Shown: positions 26,971 through 35,865, counted from the stretch's first letter. The stretch is 44,465 nt of DNA from a virus (IMGVR_UViG_3300011435_000008:1-44465); one strand, 5' to 3'. Notes: a model not told the origin generated them from the sequence alone. Numbers and translations are program-made.

Positions 26971-27021
26971 TTTGGTGGTTACGTGCGCGTAGCCTATATT
27001 TGTAAGACAAAAGCAAACAAC
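26971..27021 (+). promoter_or_regulatory. Promoter cassette copy 4 (-33 26971-26974, -7 26995-27002).
   Basis: TTTGGTGGTTACGTGCGCGTAGCCTATATTTGTAAGACAAAAGCAAACAAC followed by ATG at 27022. Confidence 0.8.
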
Positions 27022-27195
27022 ATGAACCTCCCAAAAAACATAGCCAGCCAAACGACCTACGAAAACGGAGTTATTTTAATTGTAGCCTACGCGCAAAAGA
27101 AAGGAGGCCGTGCACCTTATCCAGTTATCTGGGGCTACGTTTTCAACGGCGTTAAATACACCTCTAAAAAGAAAGCCGACGAGGCGGCAAAATAA
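27022..27195 (+). CDS. Hypothetical small protein (57 aa).
   Basis: ATG follows the cassette leader. The track's 26983 start translates the cassette itself. Confidence 0.65.
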   Translation: MNLPKNIASQTTYENGVILIVAYAQKKGGRAPYPVIWGYVFNGVKYTSKKKADEAAK

Positions 27196-27196
27196 A

Positions 27197-27247
27197 TTTG
27201 GTGGTTACGCTGGAGTAACCTATATTTACACTTCAAACGACAACATT
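27197..27247 (+). promoter_or_regulatory. Promoter cassette copy 5 (-33 27197-27200; -7 TATATTTA at 27221-27228).
   Basis: TTTGGTGGTTACGCTGGAGTAACCTATATTTACACTTCAAACGACAACATT followed by ATG at 27248. Confidence 0.7.
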
Positions 27248-27736
27248 ATGAAAATCGAAAAGTTAGAAAACGGGTACTACGAGTTACATATCTCTGAAAC
27301 TGAGCGCGTTAGCGGGTCTTTGGAGACTATGACAGAGGTACGCGATATTATCCTGGCCGAGCAAAAAGCAAAGACAGCCCGCCAGGTAGGTTACGGTGAA
27401 TTTTATTGCTGCCCCAGGTGCAAAGGCAAAGGGTACGGCAGCTGGTACGTAGAGAATGGCATGTGCTTTAAATGCGCTGGGCATGGTATAGTTAGAAAAG
27501 AGGACCCTAACGCACCCGTGCGGGTGGCCACTATCTACAAGGTACAGGTGGGCGCGTATGTTTACCAGTGTAATACCCGCGATAGTTTCAACCAGTTTGT
27601 AAACCCTGCCCTTTGGCTAGGCGACCGCGTAACCTTTCAACAATCAAAAAACGGTTTGCCCCTGGAGGGCGTAATAGTCGGCAAAATGAAAGGCGACAAA
27701 AAAAGTAAAAACTTCGACCAAATTTCTTTTATATGA
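27248..27736 (+). CDS. Zinc-finger protein with two DnaJ-type CxxCxGxG motifs (162 aa).
   Basis: CPRCKGKG and CFKCAGHG lie 20 aa apart. ATG follows the cassette; ATGA overlap with the polymerase gene. Confidence 0.65.
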   Translation: MKIEKLENGYYELHISETERVSGSLETMTEVRDIILAEQKAKTARQVGYGEFYCCPRCKGKGYGSWYVENGMCFKCAGHGIVRKEDPNAPVRVATIYKVQVGAYVYQCNTRDSFNQFVNPALWLGDRVTFQQSKNGLPLEGVIVGKMKGDKKSKNFDQISFI

Positions 27737-29676
27737 CTTTATCAATAGACATAGAAACCTACTCTAGTACGGACCTGGTAAAAACAAACGTCTATAAGTA
27801 CGTCGAGGCGGAGGACTTCGACGTGCTGCTTATAGGGTTAAGGTACGACGACGGCCCGGTGCGGGTAATAGACACGCACGACAAAACGCCACTGCTAGGC
27901 CTGCGCCAGCTAATGGCCGACCTGGTGGACCCGACGGTGGTTAAAACGGCTTACAATGCGCAGTTTGAAATAGTGTGCTTATCGCGGTATTTTAACCTGG
28001 TGCTGGACCCGGCCCAGTGGCGCTGCACGATGGCCGGAGCCGCTCGGCTGGGCCTGCCCTTTGGCCTGGACAAGGTGGCCGAGGTGCTGGGCCTGGGAAC
28101 AAAAAAGGACACACGAGGCCGTGCCCTTATTAAATACTTTTCCGTACCTTGTAAACCCACCGCTATTAATGGTGGACGGGTGCGAAATTTACCCCACCAC
28201 GCGCCCGACAAATGGGACCAGTTTATAGAGTACTGCCGCAAGGACGTAGAGGTAGAGACGGCAATAAAAAAAATAATTTCGTTTTACGACGTGCCCGGCT
28301 TTGAGCGGCCAATGTTTGCCCTGGACCAGGCCATTAACTCGCGTGGCGTCCTGGTGGACCTGGTGCTGGTGCGTGCGGCCATTAAAATTAACGACGCCTA
28401 TACGGAGCGCATGATAGCCGAGGCGGTCAAAATAACAGGCCTGGCAAACCCTAATAGCGTGGCCCAGCTGCGCGGGTGGCTGGAACGCCAGACCGGGGAC
28501 CAGGTGGAGGACCTTAGAAAGGAAAACATACCCGCCATGATTGCGGCAGCTGGAGAGTGGAACGTGCGGCGGGTCCTGCAAATACGGCAACTGATTAGTA
28601 AAAGCAGTATTAAAAAATATTATGCCATGCTAAACGGTGCAAGTGCAGACGGTCGCGTGCGTGGACTGTTTCAATACTACGGTGCCAACCGTACGGGCCG
28701 CTGGGCGGGCCGACAGGTCCAAATGCAAAATTTAATTAAGAACTCTATGCCAGACCTCGACCTGGCCCGCGCACTGGTACGGGCAGGCGACCTGGACACG
28801 CTGGAGTTAGTCTACGGCAGCGTGCCTGGCGTACTTTCCCAACTTATACGCACGGCCTTTGTGCCCTCGGAGGGTAAGGTGCTGCTCGTCTCGGACTTTT
28901 CCGCCATAGAGGCCAGGGTAATAGCCTGGCTGGCCGGGGAGGAGTGGCGGCTGGGCGTATTTAGGGGCGGCGGTAAAATATACGAGGCCTCAGCGGCTAC
29001 TATGTTTTTTGTGCCGCTGGAGGAGGTAACCAGGGAAATGAGGGCAAAGGGTAAAATAGCAGAACTGGCTTTAGGGTACCAGGGCGGCGTCGGTGCCCTG
29101 CTTAAAATGGGTGCCCTGGCTATGGGCCTGGTCGAGGACGAACTGCCGGGAATAGTAGAGCGGTGGCGGTCGGCAAATAAACGGATAGTGGGCCTATGGC
29201 AGCGGGCCGAGAACGCCGCACGGTCGGCAGTGGCAGACCCTGGGCGGGTGGTGGTTTGTGGCCGGGTGGCGTACCAGGTGCGGCAGGATATACTATTTTG
29301 CAGGCTGCCCAGTGGTCGAGAGTTAGCGTACATGCGCCCACGGGTGGAGGCGGGTAAGTTTGGCTATGCCCAGGTAACGTATGAGGGTATGAACCAGACG
29401 ACCAAAAAGTGGGGAAGGTCGGCGGCCTATGGTGGTCTACTGGTCGAGAACATGACCCAGGCCATAGCCCGCGACATACTGGCCGAGAAAATAAAAATTT
29501 GTGAGGCTGCGGACTTATTCGTAACTTTTCACGTGCACGACGAAATAGTGGTAGAGGCCCCCAAAAATTTCAATCTTAACATAATGGACGAAATAATGGC
29601 CAGGCCCGTACCCTGGGCCGAGGGCCTACCCCTGGCAGCTGAGAGTTTTAAAACTAACTACTACAAAAAAGACTAA
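27733..29676 (+). CDS. polA: Family A DNA polymerase with a 3'-5' exonuclease domain.
   Basis: ExoI SIDIETYS; YYGANRTGRWAGRQVQMQNL; motif A LLVSDFSAIEARV; motif B KGKIAELALGYQGG; motif C FHVHDEIVVE. Confidence 0.93.
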   Translation: MTLSIDIETYSSTDLVKTNVYKYVEAEDFDVLLIGLRYDDGPVRVIDTHDKTPLLGLRQLMADLVDPTVVKTAYNAQFEIVCLSRYFNLVLDPAQWRCTMAGAARLGLPFGLDKVAEVLGLGTKKDTRGRALIKYFSVPCKPTAINGGRVRNLPHHAPDKWDQFIEYCRKDVEVETAIKKIISFYDVPGFERPMFALDQAINSRGVLVDLVLVRAAIKINDAYTERMIAEAVKITGLANPNSVAQLRGWLERQTGDQVEDLRKENIPAMIAAAGEWNVRRVLQIRQLISKSSIKKYYAMLNGASADGRVRGLFQYYGANRTGRWAGRQVQMQNLIKNSMPDLDLARALVRAGDLDTLELVYGSVPGVLSQLIRTAFVPSEGKVLLVSDFSAIEARVIAWLAGEEWRLGVFRGGGKIYEASAATMFFVPLEEVTREMRAKGKIAELALGYQGGVGALLKMGALAMGLVEDELPGIVERWRSANKRIVGLWQRAENAARSAVADPGRVVVCGRVAYQVRQDILFCRLPSGRELAYMRPRVEAGKFGYAQVTYEGMNQTTKKWGRSAAYGGLLVENMTQAIARDILAEKIKICEAADLFVTFHVHDEIVVEAPKNFNLNIMDEIMARPVPWAEGLPLAAESFKTNYYKKD

Positions 29677-30188
29677 TGAATTTTAAAGATTTAACCGGGC
29701 TGGAGTTTGGCCGCCTAAAAGTTATTAAGCGTGTAGAGAACTCTAAAAACGGCCACTCGAAATGGCAATGCTTATGTAAATGCGGAAAAATTACGGTCGT
29801 TTTTGGCAGCAATTTAAAGAGGGGCCATACTACCAGCTGCGAGTGCCTAAACGATGAGGTAATAGAAAAACACGGCCTTTGGGGTACGTCTACGTATAAC
29901 ACCTGGCACGGCATGGTAGGCCGCTGCACGCACCAAAAAAACAAAAGGTATAAATATTATGGTGGGCGTGGTATAACGGTAGACCCAAACTGGTTAAACT
30001 TTAAAAATTTTCTAAATGATATGGGAGTACGACCCGCAAAGCATTTGACCCTCGATAGAATAAATAACGACCTGGGTTATTTTAAAGCAAATTGTAGGTG
30101 GGCGACCTGGGAGGAGCAACGAGCAAACCAGCGGCCCAGAACTAAATTAGAAAAACCGGGGTCTGTACCCTATGTTTATGAAAAATAA
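29676..30188 (+). CDS. HNH-like (homing-type) endonuclease.
   Basis: GRLKVIKR, WQCLCKCG...TSCEC, YYGGRGITV, and LTLDRINNDLGYFKANCRWAT. This is the free-standing phage family usually annotated HNH/AP2-like. TAATG overlap with polA. Confidence 0.55.
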   Translation: MNFKDLTGLEFGRLKVIKRVENSKNGHSKWQCLCKCGKITVVFGSNLKRGHTTSCECLNDEVIEKHGLWGTSTYNTWHGMVGRCTHQKNKRYKYYGGRGITVDPNWLNFKNFLNDMGVRPAKHLTLDRINNDLGYFKANCRWATWEEQRANQRPRTKLEKPGSVPYVYEK

Positions 30189-30256
30189 AAGCTACTTTTA
30201 CGTATCTGTTTTTTTACTGGCTGCCCCTGGTAAATATTACAAACCTATTTTCTAAA

Positions 30257-30303
30257 CCTTATGCGTGGAGGCGGGCAGGCCGAAGCGCGTAAGGTTTTTT
30301 TTT
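30257..30303 (+). terminator. Strong intrinsic terminator or attenuator immediately upstream of the primase gene.
   Basis: CCTTATGCG (30257-30265) pairs with CGCGTAAGG (30286-30294), one G-T pair; followed by T9 (30295-30303). Confidence 0.8.
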
Positions 30304-30309
30304 ATTCTT

Positions 30310-32601
30310 ATGGATATTTGTATAGCCACGGCTACAAACCGTAAAGCGACCAACTGGAAAAACGAAACTATAACCTGGGACGCGCTGGTGGTCAGGTTAA
30401 AAAAGTGTAAGAGAACAGAGGAGACGGTGGCCGAGTACAAGGCTATGACAAAGGACAGGCAGGCCGAGGTTAAGGACGTCGGCGGCTTTGTCGGTGGCGT
30501 GCTCGACGGACCCAGGCGAAGAAAGGTAGCCGTGCGGTCCAGGTCTATAATAACGCTGGACATAGACTACGCGCCCCAGGACCTTTGGGTGCAGCTGGAA
30601 CTAGAATATAGCTGCAAAATGGCTATGTATACTACGCACTCGCACACGCCAGAGCGGCCCAGGTTAAGGCTTTTAATACAGCTGGACCGCCTGGTGAGCG
30701 TGGACGAGTACGACGCTATTAGTAGACGGGTGGCGGCAGATATTGGCCTGGACTACTTTGACCCGTCTACCTTTCAAGTGGAGCGGCTAATGTACTGGCC
30801 CTCGGCACCCAGGGACGGGGAGTATTTGATAGAGAGCCAGGACGGCGACGAACTGGTGGCCGACGAGGTGCTGGCCCAGTACACCAACTGGCTGGACGTA
30901 ACCGAGCGGCCAGGGTATGAGCAGGCCGAGGCCAGGGCTGCCGCTGAGGTGGCAAAGTTGGGCGACCCAGGCCAAAAGGACGGCGTAATAGGTGCGTTTT
31001 GCCGGGCCTTTTCTATGGCCGAGGTACTCGACCAGTTCCTGGCTGACGTCTACGAGCCTGGCCAGGGTGGTAAATACAGCTACACCAAAGGCTCTGGAGT
31101 TAATGGCCTCTACCTATACCCCGACGGCTGGCACGCCTTTTCCCACCACTCGACCGACCCGGCAGGAGCAGGGACCCGGCACGCACGCAACGCCTTTGAC
31201 CTGGTACGGCTGCACAAGTTTGGCCACCTGGACGAGAACGCAAAGGAGGGCACACCCAGCCATAAACTGCCGTCATTTAAGGAAATGACCGCCTGGGCCG
31301 TGGAGCAAAATAGCGTTAAAATTGAAATGGACGCAGCACGTTTTAAAGGCGCGGTAAAGGCCTTTGAAAAAGTGGGGACCGTAACCGAGTGCAGGGCCAT
31401 ATTAATAAGGGACAAAAAAGGAAATATTTTACAGTCAGCTGAAAACATAAAAACCATACTGGAAGTGGACCCAGACCTGGCGGGGAAATTTGCCTATAAT
31501 GAATTTTCAATACGAAACATGATACTAGGCCCTATACCCTGGGCACCAAAAAATAAAGAGCGGGAGTATAAAAATAAAGATAACAAAAGGCTTCGCCAGT
31601 ACATAGAGTTACACTACGGCATAGTTTCGCCCCTAAAGATAGCTGACGCCATAGACGGGGTATGCGAGGACAACAGCTACCACCCGGTAAAGGACTACCT
31701 GGCGACGCTAAAGTGGGACGGCGTGGAGCGGCTGGACACCATGCTAACGTATTATTTCGACGCTGAGAACACCGAACTAAACCGGGCCTTTTCCCGTAAA
31801 ACTATGGTGGCGGCAATAGCCAGGATAATGGAGCCAGGCATTAAATTTGACCACGTGCTGGTCCTGGCCGGAGAGGGTGGAAAGGGTAAAAGTTTTTTTA
31901 TAAATAAGCTGGCCGGGGACTGGTTTAGCGACGACGTGGGAGACATAGAAAACAAAACCAGTATAGAAAGCCTCCAGGGCGTCTGGTTAATGGAAGTAGG
32001 AGAATTGGCAAAGTTTAATAAGAAAGAGGACGAGGACGTAAAAAAATATATTACTCGCAGAATAGACAAGTGCAGGCCAGCCTATGGTCAAATACGCGAG
32101 GACTTCCCGCGCCAGTGCATTTTTATAGGTACCTCCAATAATACAGAGTTTTTAAAGGACCCGACCGGGAACCGTAGGTTTTGGCCCGTGGTAGCCATAC
32201 CAAATAATAAAAGGGTTTTCGGTATGACGCAAGGAGAAGTAGACCAGCTATGGGCTGAGGCCCTGGTATACTACCAGGCCGGAGAAAAGCTATACCTGGA
32301 CGAAAGACTGGAAGAAATGGCGCAAAACAAACAGGCACAACATACCGAAATCAATAGCACCGCTGAACTGATAAACACCTACCTGGAAAAGGAACGCCTG
32401 GACGTGGTAACGGCGGCAGACATTTGGGAGCACTGTTTTTTTGGTGCAAGGGAAAGGCTGCTAACGGGAGCCGTGGGCCGGAAAATTTGTCAGGCTATCC
32501 TAAGCCTTAAAAACTGGGAACGGTCAGATAAAAAAGAGCGGTATAAGGGCGGGAACGTGACCTGGGTTTATAAGCGAAAGCCTTTAAAATCAAACACTTA
32601 A
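30310..32601 (+). CDS. Primase/helicase: N-terminal prim-pol-like region plus a C-terminal VirE-type P-loop NTPase.
   Basis: The track start 30265 lies inside the terminator stem; the ATG at 30310 (MDICIATATNRK...) is preferred. Motifs: ITLDIDY, Walker A GEGGKGKS, and the VirE signature TGNRRFWPV. Confidence 0.85.
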   Translation: MDICIATATNRKATNWKNETITWDALVVRLKKCKRTEETVAEYKAMTKDRQAEVKDVGGFVGGVLDGPRRRKVAVRSRSIITLDIDYAPQDLWVQLELEYSCKMAMYTTHSHTPERPRLRLLIQLDRLVSVDEYDAISRRVAADIGLDYFDPSTFQVERLMYWPSAPRDGEYLIESQDGDELVADEVLAQYTNWLDVTERPGYEQAEARAAAEVAKLGDPGQKDGVIGAFCRAFSMAEVLDQFLADVYEPGQGGKYSYTKGSGVNGLYLYPDGWHAFSHHSTDPAGAGTRHARNAFDLVRLHKFGHLDENAKEGTPSHKLPSFKEMTAWAVEQNSVKIEMDAARFKGAVKAFEKVGTVTECRAILIRDKKGNILQSAENIKTILEVDPDLAGKFAYNEFSIRNMILGPIPWAPKNKEREYKNKDNKRLRQYIELHYGIVSPLKIADAIDGVCEDNSYHPVKDYLATLKWDGVERLDTMLTYYFDAENTELNRAFSRKTMVAAIARIMEPGIKFDHVLVLAGEGGKGKSFFINKLAGDWFSDDVGDIENKTSIESLQGVWLMEVGELAKFNKKEDEDVKKYITRRIDKCRPAYGQIREDFPRQCIFIGTSNNTEFLKDPTGNRRFWPVVAIPNNKRVFGMTQGEVDQLWAEALVYYQAGEKLYLDERLEEMAQNKQAQHTEINSTAELINTYLEKERLDVVTAADIWEHCFFGARERLLTGAVGRKICQAILSLKNWERSDKKERYKGGNVTWVYKRKPLKSNT

Positions 32602-32654
32602 ACTACGAAACATTACGTGGAACGCTTAATTTTCTTATGTGTTGAAAAAAAAAC

Positions 32655-32910
32655 TATCTGCAACACTGATTTGTTGCAGCTAGTTGCAGATAGCGAGCAG
32701 ATAAAAAAAAGGTATCTGCAACAGGTCTGGCACATTGAAAATCAGCTCTTTAACATTGCTTGTTGCAGATGTTGCAGATAAATATCTAGTAGAGAATTAT
32801 AAAGCCGTTTTAAGGGTAATATAGCCTACGAAATAATACGTAGTTCTCTTTAAACGCCTTTTTCATATCTATATAGAAAAATGCTGCAACAACTGCAACA
32901 ACTGCAACAA
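32655..32910. repeat. Iteron array: nine CTGCAAC/GTTGCAG cores in both orientations, including a 10-bp inverted repeat and a triple tandem repeat. Candidate replication origin or operator array.
   Basis: TATCTGCAAC at 32655 and 32713; GTTGCAG at 32673; GTTGCAGATA at 32683 and 32771; GTTGCAGAT at 32762; CTGCAACAA x3 at 32884-32910. Flanked by A8 runs, in a 323-nt non-coding gap. Confidence 0.75.
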
Positions 32911-32924
32911 ACAAAATTAAAAAT

Positions 32925-33296
32925 ATGAGACAAAAAGGCATGAATGAGAAAAAAAGAAAATTGACGTGGGTTTGGGATGATTATAACACCAAGTTTACGC
33001 CGGAGAGAGAACGTAAAATTATTAACGTGCTTTGCACCTTTGACCTTTACGTAGACCGGGGGCAAATTTGGGTCGGTAGCCCTTTACCGTGGGATAAGGG
33101 GGCGCGCTATGGAAATCTATTTTGGAATAATAGTGACGACGCTTGTTTGCGGTACCTTTTAGAGGTAGAACATGGAATTGAAAACCCGCGATACCGAAGC
33201 TGCTACCAAAACGCTTGGTTGGCTTTTATTGCCAACGGTAAAACAGAAAAAGAAATGACAAAAGTTTGGATTGGTTACAGAAACTATACTTACTGA
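32925..33296 (+). CDS. Hypothetical protein (123 aa).
   Basis: ATG ORF after the iteron array. Alternative ATG at 32940. Confidence 0.6.
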   Translation: MRQKGMNEKKRKLTWVWDDYNTKFTPERERKIINVLCTFDLYVDRGQIWVGSPLPWDKGARYGNLFWNNSDDACLRYLLEVEHGIENPRYRSCYQNAWLAFIANGKTEKEMTKVWIGYRNYTY

Positions 33297-33298
33297 TT

Positions 33299-33589
33299 AT
33301 GGAAAAAACACTAGAGAAACGGCTGCGCCTGGCCGTAGAGAAATTAGGCGGTAAGTGCCTTAAATTTGTCTCGCCTGGAAATGCTGGCGTACCTGACCGC
33401 ATGGTGCTGCTACGTGGCCGGGTCTGGTTTGTGGAAGTAAAGACCGAGCACGGCGTACTTTCAGCCCTCCAGGTGGCGGTGCACAAGATACTAGCCGCCA
33501 CGGGGCACGAGGTTAGGATAATTAAAAATGAGCAGGACCTTAGAAACTTATTACATGAGATTGCACCCGTACCAGGTCCAGGCCTGTAA
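33299..33589 (+). CDS. VRR-NUC domain nuclease.
   Basis: ATG at 33299 (MEKTLEKRL...) is preferred to the TTG at 33266. ...GVPDRMVLL...VWFVEVKTEHGVLSALQ... matches the VRR-NUC D...ExK core. Confidence 0.8.
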   Translation: MEKTLEKRLRLAVEKLGGKCLKFVSPGNAGVPDRMVLLRGRVWFVEVKTEHGVLSALQVAVHKILAATGHEVRIIKNEQDLRNLLHEIAPVPGPGL

Positions 33590-34904
33590 GCATATTATTG
33601 ATAACCCGGCAGCGGGTTTGTTCCTGAGCATGGGTACCGGGAAAACGGCAGCCACTTTAAAGGCCCTGGACCAGCTGCTAAATGAAACCTTTGAAATTAC
33701 CCGCGTGCTGGTAATAGCGCCCAAATTTGTGGCCCGTACGGTCTGGACGGCTGAGATAGCCAAGTGGTACCCGCACCTTAAGGCCTCGGTGGTCCTGGGC
33801 ACGGCACGCCAGAGGGCTGACGCACTACGCAAAAAGGCTGATATTTATATTATAAACCGGGAAAACGTGGACTGGCTGGTAAGTTTTTACGGCGCACGCT
33901 GGGACTTTGATATGGTTATCATAGACGAGTTAAGCAGCTTTAAGAGTGCCAGCGCCAGGCGGTTTAGGGCACTGCGCACGGTGCGGCCCTTAATTAAGCG
34001 TATAGTGGGTCTTACTGGTACGCCAGCGCCTAACGGCGTTTCAGACCTATGGCCGCAGCTTTACCTGTTGGACCAGGGCAAAAGGTTAGGTAAGACCTTA
34101 ACGGCCTTTAGAGAGGCTTATTTAACCCCAGATAAGCGCGACGCCTTTAGAGTTTTCAGCTATAAACCAAGAGAGGGGGCCGAAGCAGTGATTTATAAGA
34201 AAATAGCAGATATTTGTATAAGCATGAAAGCAGCCGATTATTTACAGCTACCTGGACGCATAGAGCACGAGGTGGTAATAGACCTGGAGCCAGAGACGCT
34301 GGCCGGGTATGAAAGTTTTGAACGCGACCAGGTAATGGCCCTGGAGGGTCAGGATATAACGGCGTTAAATGCTGGAGTATTAGCGGGCAAATTATTACAG
34401 TACAGTAATGGCGCGGTTTACGACGCTGAGCGCACGGTGCACAAGGTACACGACCAAAAGCTGGAGGCCCTGGAGGAACTAGTAGAGGAGGCCAGCGGCA
34501 ACCAGGTACTAATATTTTATAATTTTTTGCATGACCGCGACCGCATACTGGAGCGCCTGCCAGGGGCCAGACAGTTAAAAACCGCCCAGGATATAATAGA
34601 CTGGAACGCCGGAAAGGTAGGCGTTATGGTAGCGCACCCTGCCAGTGCAGGGCACGGGCTAAACCTCCAGGCTGGTGGTAATATCATTATATGGTTTGGG
34701 CTGCCCTGGAGCCTGGAACTATACGAACAGGCCAACGCCAGACTAGACAGACAGGGCCAGACCAGGCCCGTAGTTATTTTTAAATTGCTCTCAGGTGGTA
34801 CCCTGGACCAGTCGGTGGCCTCTGTCCTGGAAAGGAAAGCAGGCGGCCAGGCGGCACTACTTGAAGCAGTAAAAGCTAAAATTTATGAGTACAAACGGGC
34901 ATAA
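33528..34904 (+). CDS. SNF2/DEAD-like superfamily 2 helicase.
   Basis: Walker A LSMGTGKT, DExx IIDELSSF, C-terminal HPASAGHGLNLQ. Alternative start at 33555 (MRLHPYQ). Confidence 0.9.
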   Translation: MSRTLETYYMRLHPYQVQACKHIIDNPAAGLFLSMGTGKTAATLKALDQLLNETFEITRVLVIAPKFVARTVWTAEIAKWYPHLKASVVLGTARQRADALRKKADIYIINRENVDWLVSFYGARWDFDMVIIDELSSFKSASARRFRALRTVRPLIKRIVGLTGTPAPNGVSDLWPQLYLLDQGKRLGKTLTAFREAYLTPDKRDAFRVFSYKPREGAEAVIYKKIADICISMKAADYLQLPGRIEHEVVIDLEPETLAGYESFERDQVMALEGQDITALNAGVLAGKLLQYSNGAVYDAERTVHKVHDQKLEALEELVEEASGNQVLIFYNFLHDRDRILERLPGARQLKTAQDIIDWNAGKVGVMVAHPASAGHGLNLQAGGNIIIWFGLPWSLELYEQANARLDRQGQTRPVVIFKLLSGGTLDQSVASVLERKAGGQAALLEAVKAKIYEYKRA

Positions 34905-35463
34905 AGTTTTGGAGCAGGCTAAACTAACGCCAAAGCTGGAAAACTTTTGCCGCGAGTACCTGGTGGACTTTAACGCAACTCAGGCCGCTATTAGAGCGGG
35001 GTATAGCCGGGCTAGTGCGCACGTGCAGGCATTTGACCACTTAAAGAAACCTAGAGTTATTTCCAGGATAGCCGAGTTAAGGGCTGCGACGGCCAAAGAG
35101 TACAACATAACAAAGGAAAAGTTAATGCGTAACCTAATGGAAATAGCTGGCACCAGGCTGGAGGACATAACGGACCCAGTAACGGGTGCGGTGCTGCCGA
35201 TGCACGACTGGCCCGAACACATGAAGGGCACCGTTTCAGGTATTGACCTGGAAGAAATACGCGAGGGCCGGGGCAAAACCCGGCGCGTGGTCGGCTATAA
35301 TAAAAAAGTACGCCTTTGGGAAAAGACCAAAGCTATTGAGGTCCTCAACAAAATGCTAGGCTTTAACGCACCTGAAAAGGTCGCGCCAGTTACCCCAGAC
35401 GGCGAAGCCCTGGCCCCAGTCATTAACATTATAACCATAATGCCTAAGCAGGAAGATTTCTAA
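34885..35463 (+). CDS. terS: Terminase small subunit (Terminase_2-like).
   Basis: LTPKLENFCREYLVDFNATQAAIRAGYSRASAHVQAFDHLKKPRV matches the N-terminal HTH signature of this family. Confidence 0.8.
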   Translation: MSTNGHKVLEQAKLTPKLENFCREYLVDFNATQAAIRAGYSRASAHVQAFDHLKKPRVISRIAELRAATAKEYNITKEKLMRNLMEIAGTRLEDITDPVTGAVLPMHDWPEHMKGTVSGIDLEEIREGRGKTRRVVGYNKKVRLWEKTKAIEVLNKMLGFNAPEKVAPVTPDGEALAPVINIITIMPKQEDF

Positions 35464-35464
35464 A

Positions 35465-35473
35465 TGTGGATAA
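35465..35473 (-). promoter_or_regulatory. Perfect DnaA-box 9-mer (TGTGGATAA).
   Basis: Read directly. Same AATGTGGATAACTT context as at 26954-26967, immediately upstream of cassette copy 6. Confidence 0.55.
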
Positions 35474-35479
35474 CTTTTG

Positions 35480-35530
35480 TTTGGTGGTTACGCTAGCGTG
35501 CCCTATATTTGTGGAACAAAAGCAGAAAAT
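35480..35530 (+). promoter_or_regulatory. Promoter cassette copy 6 (-33 35480-35483, -7 35504-35511).
   Basis: TTTGGTGGTTACGCTAGCGTGCCCTATATTTGTGGAACAAAAGCAGAAAAT followed by ATG at 35531. Confidence 0.8.
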
Positions 35531-35719
35531 ATGATAACAGCTACCACTTACCAGCCTAACCATTTTGAAGTTAAAGTACGCATAGGTAAAGATATTGACG
35601 GCGTTTATTTCCAGACCATTATAACAGTAGAAAAAGGTTTTTCCAGCCTGGAAGCAGCCGAGAAATTTATAGCCTCTAAAGCGTGTAAATCATTAATCAA
35701 ATTAGCCGAAAAAATATGA
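35531..35719 (+). CDS. Hypothetical small protein (62 aa).
   Basis: ATG after the cassette leader. The track start 35477 translates the cassette. Confidence 0.65.
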   Translation: MITATTYQPNHFEVKVRIGKDIDGVYFQTIITVEKGFSSLEAAEKFIASKACKSLIKLAEKI

Positions 35720-35865
35720 AAGCTGAAAAACTAGCCAGGTGCCGCGCCTATGCCCAGGCGCACCCTGGAGCCAAAGGTATTGAGGTGGCAAAGGCCATGA
35801 AAGTTTCCACCTACTTTGTAGAAAAGAACTGGTACGAAATATTTTTAGCCTGGAAAATAAAATAA
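35716..35865 (+). CDS. Hypothetical small protein (49 aa), possibly HTH-like.
   Basis: ATGA overlap with the upstream gene. Translates MKAEKLARCRAYAQAHPGAKGIEVAKAMKVSTYFVEKNWYEIFLAWKIK and ends right before cassette copy 7. Confidence 0.5.
   Translation: MKAEKLARCRAYAQAHPGAKGIEVAKAMKVSTYFVEKNWYEIFLAWKIK

Noticed and set aside
30265-30309. ATG at 30265 as the primase start.
   Set aside because: It lies inside the stem of the 30257-30294 hairpin and would translate the T9 run (…RVRFFFIL…). The ATG at 30310 is preferred.
32655-32910. CTGCAAC/GTTGCAG repeats as a CRISPR array.
   Set aside because: The repeats are only 7-10 nt, occur in both orientations and have irregular spacing of 0-40+ nt. 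No cas genes are present. An iteron/operator interpretation fits better.
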